A stretch of 63,992 nucleotides of DNA, counting the filler, from Stramenopiles sp. TOSAG23-3 (lineage: Eukaryota), in assembly GCA_900128585.1 (NCBI GenBank). It is 5 parts of 5 records of this genome, joined end to end, with 100 filler letters (N's around TTAATTAATTAA, not from the genome) between each part and the next. Parts side by side here need not be neighbours in the genome. Positions count along the whole stretch, not along the records: positions 1 to 13,226 come from LT642632.1; 4 more parts are not named here. One strand, 5' to 3'. This document shows, piece by piece, positions 1 through 9,214 of the stretch; positions within the stretch are counted from its first letter, which is position 1, and each line of letters opens with the position of its first letter. The notes below the pieces were generated by a model. The model did not search any database and was not told the DNA's origin. It saw only the letters and a list, made by a program, of their open reading frames with translations. Both the position numbers and the translations under genes were made by a program.

Positions 1-79
1 AGAAGCAGAGAAGCAGCCACTGCTGCTGCTATATTACTTAGGACTAGTAAAACCTAGGAGGTTTGAGAGGAGTCTCCTC
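1..79 (+). repeat. Left arm of a perfect 79-bp inverted repeat (partner 4191-4269)
   Basis: 1-79 is the exact reverse complement of 4191-4269. It abuts the dynein coding sequence and lies at or near the start of the first contig. Confidence 0.95.
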
Positions 80-2952
80 ATAAGCACGTTGAGAAAGTTA
101 GCCTTGCAGTCCTGCGAGTACTTTAGATCGATCGTCTCCGAGAGCAACCCCTGCCGAAAAAGAAAAGTAGTGAAAGTCAACCACGAAGAGGACGACGCGG
201 CGCTGATCAAAACGCACGACGTGTTGAAGGAGGAGCCCATGTTCAAGTTGACCGTAGGAGTCAACGAGGGGGCTCTGTCGATCGTTCCATCGTCCGACAA
301 ATTCTTAGAAGCCGTAGAAGATTCCATATCTGAGGCGATCACCATCATCGACATTCCCGAGCGCCTGTTGACGCACGCCGACCTCGCAATATACGTCACT
401 GCTTCGAGCAGTGGGAATGACACGGTCGTGGATGAGGACGAGGATGGAAATGGTGGCGAAGATTTGATCACGCTGATAACCCAGACGCAAGATTACCAGT
501 ACTGCAGAAGCAACATCTTGTCCAGTGTGTCCAGCGCCTTCGACGAAGTCGTGGAGTACTCCGAAATATTTGAGCCGTACAAGAACACTTACAATGAGAA
601 TGTTTCCACAGAGGCCAACATGAGGGACATGTTCAAAGACGTCCCGCTCGAAACGTTTAAGACCTATATTGAAAAATTTAATGCTCAAAATGGGAAGTTT
701 TCCGGCATTCCCTACACCGCTGACATAGGCCTGATCCGTGTAGACAGCAGCCGCTTCAAAGCGTTGCTGCTTCCAAGCCCAGAAGCAATGATTCAGAATA
801 TACGGGAACTCTTGCCCCTTCTCATGGAAGAAGATGGGGACGACCTGCTCAGTGTTTTGGAGCAAGGCAACGGGCAGATGGCGGCTGTGCCAGCAGATGC
901 CTCCGAATTTGTAGCCAAGATAAAGCAGCTGGGGGGCATCGAAGCCAAGATGGACGCGCACATGGACGCGTACAAACGTTGGCAGGACATGGAGACTTTG
1001 TTTGTGGAAGAGGAATGGGCATTACCGGATAAGTTGAAAGACCAGCGCATCATGTTGAGCCAAGCGATCAAAAATCTGGAACAAGGCATTGAGCGTACAA
1101 ATGCCACCAAAGACTCAGACTTGGAAAAATTTGCAGACATGGTCAAAAGCGACTTTGGACCCCTTGTTCAGAAACCAACGAGAAAAGTCCGGGAATCCCT
1201 TGATGATCCAATGATACGGGACGATAAATCAAAGCCGGAAGCGGTACTGGCCTTCATACGCGAGCAACAGTCGGCTCTGGAACAAGCTGCTGAAAATTTT
1301 GAAAGACTGACTGGGTATCAAGAAGCGCTGGAAAAAGAGTTGGATGAGTTTGAAGACTTGGTAATTACACGGTCTGACCTGAACGCAAAACTTGCTCTAT
1401 GGGAAGCGCTCGACAATTGGAGCCGAAAACGTGAGGACTGGGAGGGAACGTTGATGCAAGATATTAACTCGGACTCGATGGACAAAGACGTGCAGCAGTT
1501 CAACAAAACAGCAGTCAAATCCAAACGCTTGCTGCAAGGCGCCCCGGCCGCAATTAAGTTGAATAATGCAGTAAACGACTTCAAGTCGCTGCTGCCTGTT
1601 ATCTTGGACTTGCGCAACGAGAGTTTGCTAGACAGGCACTGGAAAGAAATTGAAGAGGCAATCGGTCATTCGTTCGACGAAGAAAAACCAGCTTCTGCCC
1701 ACACTCTGAAAGAATTGTTAGACCTCCGTGTTCAAGACCATCAAGAAGAGATTGCAACTGTATCGACCAAGGCCATCTCTGAAGACGCTCTGGTGCAGCT
1801 TTTCCAAACGAAAGTTATCAACGTATGGAAGAAGCTTGAGTTTGAAGTCAAGCCTTACAAGGACACCCGGGACTATTTTATTCTTGGGGGCTTGGATGAA
1901 ATTCAGGCGGCGTTGGACGAATCCCTCGTCCAAGTCAATACCATATTGGGTTCACGATACTGCGGCCCTATCAGGGAGGAAGTAAACCATTACCAAAAGC
2001 AGTTGCTCTTGCTGTCGGACACCTTGGATGCTTGGTTAATGGTGCAAAAAAATTGGATGTACTTGGAGACCATTTTTGCGGCCCCTGATATTCAACGGCA
2101 GCTTCCCCAAGAAGCCGCGCTGTTCAAAAACGTTGACAAATCGTGGCAAAATATCATGGCTAAGGTCAACGGCTATCTACCGTGCTGTCCCAGGAGATGG
2201 ACCGGTACAACCAGATTCTAGTGGTCATGAGTTCGTCTCTTGAGGAATTGCAGAGAGCAATCCGGGGCGAAGTTCTTATGTCGGACGAACTGGACAACAT
2301 GTACGTTGGGTTTACCAACAATACCGTGCCGGACAATTGGGGTCTCGTGGCCTACCCTTCCTTGAAACCTTTGGCATCTTGGGTTGAAAATCTAATTGGG
2401 CGTGTGAATTTCATGCAAATCTGGCTAGAGAATGGCCAGCCAAAAGTGTTTGAACTTCCGTACTTTTATTTCCCCCAAGGATTTACGACCGGATGTTTGC
2501 AAAACCATGCACGAAAGTACCAGCTTCCCATCGATGAGCTGCAGTTCAAGTACAAAGTACGGACGGAAGAAGGCCTTGCAGATGTTTCGGAAGAGAACAT
2601 GCCCGCAGATGGAGTGCTGGTGGGAGGACTGTTCCTTGATGGCGCTCGCTGGGATCGAGAGCTGCAGTGTCTCCAAGAGTCTCACAAAGGTCAGCTGTAC
2701 GACAACATGCCAGTTATTCATTTTGTACCCCATATTGATTTGTCAAAAAAGGCGATATGGGAATATGACAACAGCGACGGTGCCGTGTACCCGTGCCCGA
2801 CTTACAAAACTAGCACAAGAAGTGGTGCCTTGTCAACGACGGGCATGTCCACGAATTATATTGCACCAATCGATTTGCCGACTCCCGCTGGGAAACCACC
2901 GTCGTTTTGGATATGCCAAGGCATTGCGATGTTGTGCGCTCTGAATGATTAA
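80..2952 (+). pseudogene. Axonemal (inner-arm-like) dynein heavy chain, 5'-truncated and internally deleted: tail/linker (DHC_N2) joined out of frame to the C-terminal domain
   Basis: ORF 89..2221 has DHC_N2 motifs (LRNESLLDRHW, WLMVQKNWMYLETIF..PDIQRQLPQE). From 2173 another frame gives the C-terminal domain (LSTVLSQEMDRYN, AYPSLKPLASW, FYFPQGF, LFLDGARWD, CPTYKT..RSGALSTTGMSTNY). No AAA P-loops are present. Confidence 0.85.
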
Positions 2953-3067
2953 TGAAGCAAGACGCGCGTCCTAAGATAAATAACAGCATACAAAGTGTAT
3001 ATATTAAATATCATAAAAATTTTATGAAAAATTTAGAGTTAACTGAATTACGCTTTTTTTGCGCCCT

Positions 3068-3970
3068 TCAAGGAAGTTTTCGTTTCCGTTTCAATTTTCC
3101 CTCGGTTTTTGTCCCTTCTTCCGGTTTTAGCTTCTTGCGCTTCAACTTTCTGGCCTCTTTCGCCCTGTCGCGCGATTGCTTTGACTTTTTCGCCAGTGCG
3201 ATGTTCTTCTTTGCCTCTTCAAAGGTGACCTTTGTCGCAATGTGCCGGCCAACGATCGAACCGGATATACCAACCCCCATGTTGGGCATCGTAGGAACAG
3301 CATGCCTCGTTTTCAAATTAGTTTCTGCATCGACGAAAATGTCCGTTCCGGAAGGAAGTATCTTGTCAAAGATAACGATGTCGTCGCTCTTCAGCGTTAT
3401 AACGAACCGCCTGGGATGCCCCCACTTTCGAACGTGGAAACTGGAACCTTCAACCCAATTTTTTGTTTTGTCCGAATGAGCACCAATATAGTCATCTCCG
3501 TTTTCGTAGCAGGTCATTATCCAATGGTTTTGCGGACAAACTTTCTCCATGTTCTGGACCAGCTTCCAAATGTTTGGGTGAAGCATTTTGTCGACTCGGA
3601 ATGTTGCAGGAAGAACACTGTGCTGCCATCCCGTGTATTTGTACACATAGTAGAACCGGCCTTCTTTTTGAAACCAAACCTTATGGCGCTTCAGCTCATT
3701 TCCACGATATTTTAGCGACGGATGCGAACCACGGACTATCCTAGCCTTTGTTTCCAACCGACCATCTTTCACGTCCGGAACAATTTCACAGCCATCGTCC
3801 CAGCTCTTGTAGGATAAGAACTCTTTAAATGCAGCGTTGATCAGTTTCTCCTTGCCTAGCCTTATCTGCACGTTGAATTTGTCTCCACCGAACCATACGC
3901 AGTCCACGTTATTTCGTAGCAGTTTGCCGTCGCACAAAGACGCATCCGCCATTCCAAGGGAAGAAGCCAT
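3068..3970 (-). CDS. AlkB-like 2OG-Fe(II) dioxygenase with basic C-terminal tail
   Basis: YENGDDYIGAHSD (HxD), later HAVP and SIVGR motifs typical of the 2OG-FeII_Oxy_2 family; K/R-rich tail resembling an NLS. Confidence 0.75.
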   Translation of the reverse strand: MASSLGMADASLCDGKLLRNNVDCVWFGGDKFNVQIRLGKEKLINAAFKEFLSYKSWDDGCEIVPDVKDGRLETKARIVRGSHPSLKYRGNELKRHKVWFQKEGRFYYVYKYTGWQHSVLPATFRVDKMLHPNIWKLVQNMEKVCPQNHWIMTCYENGDDYIGAHSDKTKNWVEGSSFHVRKWGHPRRFVITLKSDDIVIFDKILPSGTDIFVDAETNLKTRHAVPTMPNMGVGISGSIVGRHIATKVTFEEAKKNIALAKKSKQSRDRAKEARKLKRKKLKPEEGTKTEGKLKRKRKLP

Positions 3971-4190
3971 TGTTCGGAATAACTATAGATGAATATAAAT
4001 GTATGCTTTTATTCGCCTATTCCCACGGGTACGTAGATGAAAACGATACAGAAATATTCTAAACTTTTGTTTTAATTTGTTTGTAAAAGAAAAAAGTAGA
4101 TTCATACAGTAACATTTTTTAATTCTACTATATACACTTGAAACATTTTATGAATTCCTAAAATAATAGTCGTATATATATACTTGGTAC

Positions 4191-4269
4191 GAGGAGACTC
4201 CTCTCAAACCTCCTAGGTTTTACTAGTCCTAAGTAATATAGCAGCAGCAGTGGCTGCTTCTCTGCTTCT
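4191..4269 (-). repeat. Right arm of the perfect 79-bp inverted repeat (partner 1-79)
   Basis: Exact reverse complement of 1-79. Confidence 0.95.
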
Positions 4270-4734
4270 TGCTTGCTGCTTCTTTTTTCTTCTTTCTATC
4301 TACGAGTATAGCACAGAGTTACTATTATTATTCTGTCTATTAGTAGCTATATAACAAGAACAACAACAAAGAAAAAAAAGAAGAACAAAAAAGAACAGGA
4401 AAAAAAATTCTTTTTTTCAATGCTATTTCTATATAGTATTTATTGATTCATAGTTTTTTATTTTACCCACCATATAGTGAGTCTAATAATAATTATTAAA
4501 CGTAAAAATAGCATCGACGACCACCACCTCTTGTTGGGATGGTAGTGGTGCGGTGAAGAAAATCATTCTTTCAGGAAGGAAAGGAAACGAAGGGTTTGAA
4601 GGTTTGTTGAATAAATGAAAAAGATTATTCTTTAATTTCAAATGAAAGCTCAATTTTTGCTGTCTCCTATCCTTTTATTCTCTAGCAAGTTTATAAATTA
4701 TATTCAAGAATTCTTTTCTCTACTAAAGAACACA

Positions 4735-5148
4735 ATGATTGATATTGTCGCGCTCCACGAGCGGGTTGACAGGTCTGTGAACAAAGCTTTTACAGAGTGG
4801 CAGCTGTACGATGATACAGAGCGTCGGCCAGACTTTGAACAGCACGAGTGTGACAGACTGGAAAATGTCTTTAGAGAACTTTTGGCTGAATATTCGGAAG
4901 TCAAAAAGGAGTATGAGGCTTACATGAAACTTCAAAGAGAAAGTGCGGGGGAAAGCGCGGCCGTAGAAGCAAATGAAGATGAGGAAAGTGGTGACCTGTT
5001 TGACGATGGGGATAATCCGTGGGATTTCATCCCCCCCCGTAGATCGGAGCCTCGTCCTGATGTGAATGGATCTATGTGGGGAACCGGTCGAACTGTAGGC
5101 CGGTTTAATGTTTCATACCGTCCATCTTTATATGTACCATCTGCATGA
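4735..5148 (+). CDS. Hypothetical protein (short coiled-coil plus acidic region)
   Basis: ORF 4642..5148. Coding-like composition begins at ATG 4735. No recognised domain. Confidence 0.5.
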   Translation: MIDIVALHERVDRSVNKAFTEWQLYDDTERRPDFEQHECDRLENVFRELLAEYSEVKKEYEAYMKLQRESAGESAAVEANEDEESGDLFDDGDNPWDFIPPRRSEPRPDVNGSMWGTGRTVGRFNVSYRPSLYVPSA

Positions 5149-5386
5149 AGACGTTGAGACTTTGTGCGTATTTAAAGTTTGTAAATAGGCCAAGAAACGG
5201 TGCGACGCGTCCGCGTGGCACTTACAAGAAGGAACATCTCAAATATAATAAATTAAAAAAACAAATTATATAATTAAATTAAGTGAAAATAAAATATCAT
5301 TAACTACTATCCTGCTCGTGCTCTACCAACCCACCCTTGCTGCAACGGTTGAATGAAATATTACGGAGTACTAAAAAAGCACTTTT

Positions 5387-7717
5387 TTAAAACAAATTAC
5401 GCCAGGACGTTGCCATCAGCGTCATCTTTCCCACTAACCCTGCCAGAATGATAGAGAACAGGGAACTGAATGAAATTTCCATCAGCCGCACCTGGAGCAC
5501 TGCTTCGCACACCATTTTGCTGCTAAAGGATACGCCAAGGATAGCGTTGATTTTTTTGTCCTTTCGTCTTATACACCGCTTCGATCTGTCTTTCTTCGAT
5601 GCGGACGGGCGAGACCAACCTTGCTGCTTCAGGAATTTGTCGATGCTGGGGTTCCTCTTCTCCAGTGCAGGCGTGTACTCCTCGCTTTCCTTGGACCTGT
5701 GCCACCACACGTCGCTCGCTTTCCCGACAATGGTGGCTTGTTCAAGACGATTGTTCCAGTACGTGTCCATTCTGGAGAAATCGTACTTGTACAGTTGCGA
5801 TCGGACGTACATGGGCGGCTTTTTGGTGAACGGGTAAGACTCCTCATCGAGCAAAGCAATGACATCTTTCGACCCTTCCAATATCTTATCGATGAGGTGT
5901 ATAATCCACGGCGCTCCCTGGTAATTCCCAAGCGCGGCGAACCACATCTGCCAGTCGAGCCTCGGCTGGTGGGGGGCAACCAGGGGAGGTCGTCGCCGGA
6001 CGTTCCCTGGTTTGTACTGGAATTCTATCTCTTTCCATGACTTACCGTCGTCGGAGCCTTCCAAAACTATCTCCGGCCTCGCCACTACGGACACGTGCCG
6101 CCCGTACTCGTCCTTCCCGTCCTTACCCATCCCGGTCATCCTACGAAAAAGCCCGTACGAAGATGTGACCATCCAAGGGTGGGAGGAGTGGTACACGTCA
6201 AAGGCGAACGGGGGAGCAATGGCCCTAATGCGGTCGGAGATGCTCACGAATGTAACACAGCTGGACGGCAGGATTACACCAATGACTACTGCGGTCACGA
6301 TCACAGATTTTAAAAACCGGACGAAGGCATAGACTTTGTAGCCCCTGGATATTGCAAACAAATTGCCCCCCACGTAATCAATGCCGAGAAGGATCATAAA
6401 GGCGCAGAACGGGATCAGTATGTATGGGAGGTACCCATTCACCATGTGCGTTGTGTTCGCTACTCCGATGCTTAGCGCGACCCTATGACGGTCGAGCGCA
6501 TTTGCGCGTACGCTGGAAGACTCGCTGGTGACCGCAAATAGAGACTTGCAGCACAACGCGACGAAGGCTGAAAACAGGGCGCCGAAAAGTTTGTTGCCGT
6601 GCGCTCCCCGCTCAAAGCTGCGCACGCACTTGCTCACCCAGGAGAAAACACCCAAACGATCAAACTGCGACCATGTAAAGAGCGCACCGTTCGCCCCCCG
6701 CTCTCCTTTTGGTTGAACTGAGTCTTCTTCCCGTGCCTTCAGGCAAGGGGGCGTGAGAGATGCCAGGTACTCGTCGTCCAAGCACGTAAGGGCCAGAATC
6801 ATTGTTAAGAAATTGAAAAAATTATAATTTCCCGTCAGGAAAATCAAGACCTGCAAAAAGATTTGTCCGACACTAGCGTATGCCCGAAGCTGTCGGACGG
6901 GGGCCAGGAGCAGCACCGAGAGCGGAATCTCGATGACCAGGCACGCCGCGACGGAGACTTGCTGGACAAATGGCGGCAGCTGGTGCGCGTACCACGCCAG
7001 CGGGGTCGGGATACACTGCGTTGCATAGTGGTACTCCAACGCTGTCAATTTCAACCAAGTCGGACAGTTCGCCTGTATCTTGACGACGCCGCTCATAAAC
7101 ATAAGCTTGAAGAGGGTGAAACGCAGCATCCACAGTACCACGGAAGAAGGATTTTCGTTTTTGCTAGAGAAAAGCCTCGGGGGAGCCCACATCACGGCCA
7201 GCACCCCGACTTCCAGCAACAGAATATCCCACTGGAACGAGAGAAAAGTTTGCCCCACGCCGTACAGCGAAATGTAAGGCAACCAGGACAGCGCCATCGT
7301 CACTATGTTGCACGGCCCGACCGCGGCAACGATCGACGAGACAAATCCAAGTATACAAAGCGCGTCGGCCATGGTGTCCGCGCTGAACCCGAACTGCTTG
7401 CGGTACCCAAACAGGTTGGTCAGCGACGCTTCTTTCGGATTTCGTTTCAAGAACGCGCCCGCAGGCTCGAGACCGTCGACACCAAACAGCCCGTCCCACT
7501 GAACGTACAGGGAAGCGTACGCAATAGCGTACGACACTGCAACAAGGCGACAAACTAAGGACTGGACATTCTGATAATTCGACGAACGCACAATTTGAGC
7601 ACCACCCGTATCGGGTGACGTTGAAATCGAATCGAGCGTGTCCGAGAGCATTGCGGCAGTTGCCTTTCGTTCACGGACGGGAGTTTTGCTTCGCCTTGGA
7701 CTACGAAAGACTGGCAT
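5387..7717 (-). CDS. LMF2: Lipase maturation factor (LMF1/2 family)
   Basis: FLSFQWDILLLEVG, FKLMFMSGVVK, LTALEYHYATQCIPTPLAWY, TGNYNFFN, YGLFRRMTG, APHQPRLDWQMWFAALG. Confidence 0.93.
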   Translation of the reverse strand: MPVFRSPRRSKTPVRERKATAAMLSDTLDSISTSPDTGGAQIVRSSNYQNVQSLVCRLVAVSYAIAYASLYVQWDGLFGVDGLEPAGAFLKRNPKEASLTNLFGYRKQFGFSADTMADALCILGFVSSIVAAVGPCNIVTMALSWLPYISLYGVGQTFLSFQWDILLLEVGVLAVMWAPPRLFSSKNENPSSVVLWMLRFTLFKLMFMSGVVKIQANCPTWLKLTALEYHYATQCIPTPLAWYAHQLPPFVQQVSVAACLVIEIPLSVLLLAPVRQLRAYASVGQIFLQVLIFLTGNYNFFNFLTMILALTCLDDEYLASLTPPCLKAREEDSVQPKGERGANGALFTWSQFDRLGVFSWVSKCVRSFERGAHGNKLFGALFSAFVALCCKSLFAVTSESSSVRANALDRHRVALSIGVANTTHMVNGYLPYILIPFCAFMILLGIDYVGGNLFAISRGYKVYAFVRFLKSVIVTAVVIGVILPSSCVTFVSISDRIRAIAPPFAFDVYHSSHPWMVTSSYGLFRRMTGMGKDGKDEYGRHVSVVARPEIVLEGSDDGKSWKEIEFQYKPGNVRRRPPLVAPHQPRLDWQMWFAALGNYQGAPWIIHLIDKILEGSKDVIALLDEESYPFTKKPPMYVRSQLYKYDFSRMDTYWNNRLEQATIVGKASDVWWHRSKESEEYTPALEKRNPSIDKFLKQQGWSRPSASKKDRSKRCIRRKDKKINAILGVSFSSKMVCEAVLQVRLMEISFSSLFSIILAGLVGKMTLMATSWRNLF

Positions 7718-8071
7718 TGTTACTACTTTCGGTCCCTTGCTTCGTGCGTGTATTCTCGACTGCTATCTGAACAAAGATTTCGGGCTTTTAGATATATGTT
7801 GATAGTCACACACACAAAAGTTATCTTCTTCTTCTTGCAATATAGTTAAAAATCAATCGAAATTGTTAACTATTATTTGTTTCTATTATTATAGAACTGA
7901 CTATTGTTTTTTGTCATCAAAAATTATTTGATGGCCCCACCACAAACAACTCCAATGAAAAAAATGAAAAAATTATAATAATTACTGCCTTTGTCTTCGC
8001 AGATACTTCGTACCGTAGTATAATACCAACACAGCATTAAAACCAGACGATGGAGACGAGAGACGATTCAC

Positions 8072-8559
8072 GTATCTTTGGCGCGGAATTGAAATCTTGC
8101 AATGGACTTTGTGTTAACTATTTGAAACAAAAAGATCTTTACGAAAAAAGGTTTTTTTTGTGAGTTTTAAAGTCGAAACAATGGTTTAAGATATATAAAA
8201 GTATGCGCGTGCGATTCACTTTTCGAATACACTCCTAAGAATAAGTGCTTGTTCCGGTAGCGTTTGGTCTAAATCGTCCATTTCACAAAATATTGTCCCT
8301 AGGAACCGTAATTCCAAGTCATTAGAGGGCAAACAATTTATAAACGTTCGTTGAGAAACAAACATCGCGTGAGGAACAATTGCCTCATCTAAACTTATGT
8401 AATTAGGCGTCCCCCTTGCTTCCTTTTGTCATGTTCTGGCCGAAAGCTTCCATACTTTGAAAATCGAGTCGGATTTTTTTTCGCGCCAAGGAACTTGAAC
8501 ACTTTATTGAACAGGTGTCTATCATCGCAATTTACTTATTAAAAAACAACGACGGTCGT
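8072..8559 (+). ncRNA. Dispersed ~490-bp element, copy 1; candidate large structured RNA
   Basis: Collinear with 33336-33822, 53077-53179 and 63751-63992. 13-bp closing stem 8076-8088/8479-8491; several helices with pair-preserving substitutions; no conserved ORF. The repeat itself is certain; the RNA call is inferred. Confidence 0.6.
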
Positions 8560-8930
8560 GTTTCTTCAGTTCTTAAGAAAATGGGAATTTTGTCATTTTT
8601 TGTTGTAAGTTTGTGTTGAAATATATTTCCTTCGTTTTTACACCAAAAAGAAATTAACATTTGTTTGAAGAGATGCTGCGTCAATATAAAATACCGAAGG
8701 GAAAAACGTACAAGAAACAAACAAAAAATACAAATGAAGAATTGTTGTTGGAACAGAGTAGTGTTTTTTTCAGTGCTGTATAGTGTATGTATTTCGGTCT
8801 TTTTATTTTTGAACTTTTTAATCGGAAGAATAAGAAAGGAAATGAAACAAAAAATGAATTTTTAAGAAATCTTTTTTTTATTTTTTATTGCAACGCTATT
8901 GTACTATAAAAAATAGACTTAACTATGAGA

Positions 8931-8998
8931 TATTAGCCCTGGATTAATCTGTTATTTCATGCTGTGATAGTATTACGCCTGGATTAATCTATGACTCA
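8931..8998. promoter_or_regulatory. Direct-repeat pair TATTAnnCCTGGATTAATCT (40-bp period) followed by TGACTCA
   Basis: 8931-8950 and 8971-8990, each containing the palindrome GATTAATC. AP-1-like TGACTCA at 8992-8998, about 220 bp upstream of ATG 9215. Confidence 0.35.
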
Positions 8999-9214
8999 TC
9001 ACCAGTAATAATTATTGCGTCAGCATTTTATATTTTTTCTTCAGTTGAAACAAACAAGAGAGTAACTTACTCGTAGTTATTTAGTCACAATTTAAGAAAA
9101 AAGTTTAGTAACAGACAAATGGACGATAGATTTTAAATTGAGACAGGGCTAACCTGTTTTTTTTCAATGTCGATTCAATTGAATGCGTTGTAACGTGTTG
9201 AAACAGAAATCAAA

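Noticed and set aside
8072-8559. 490-bp element as a protein-coding exon (IFGAELK..LCVNY..DLYEK)
   Set aside because: Stops occur in the frames I translated, including an early TAA in copy 4, and the substitutions show no consistent codon periodicity.
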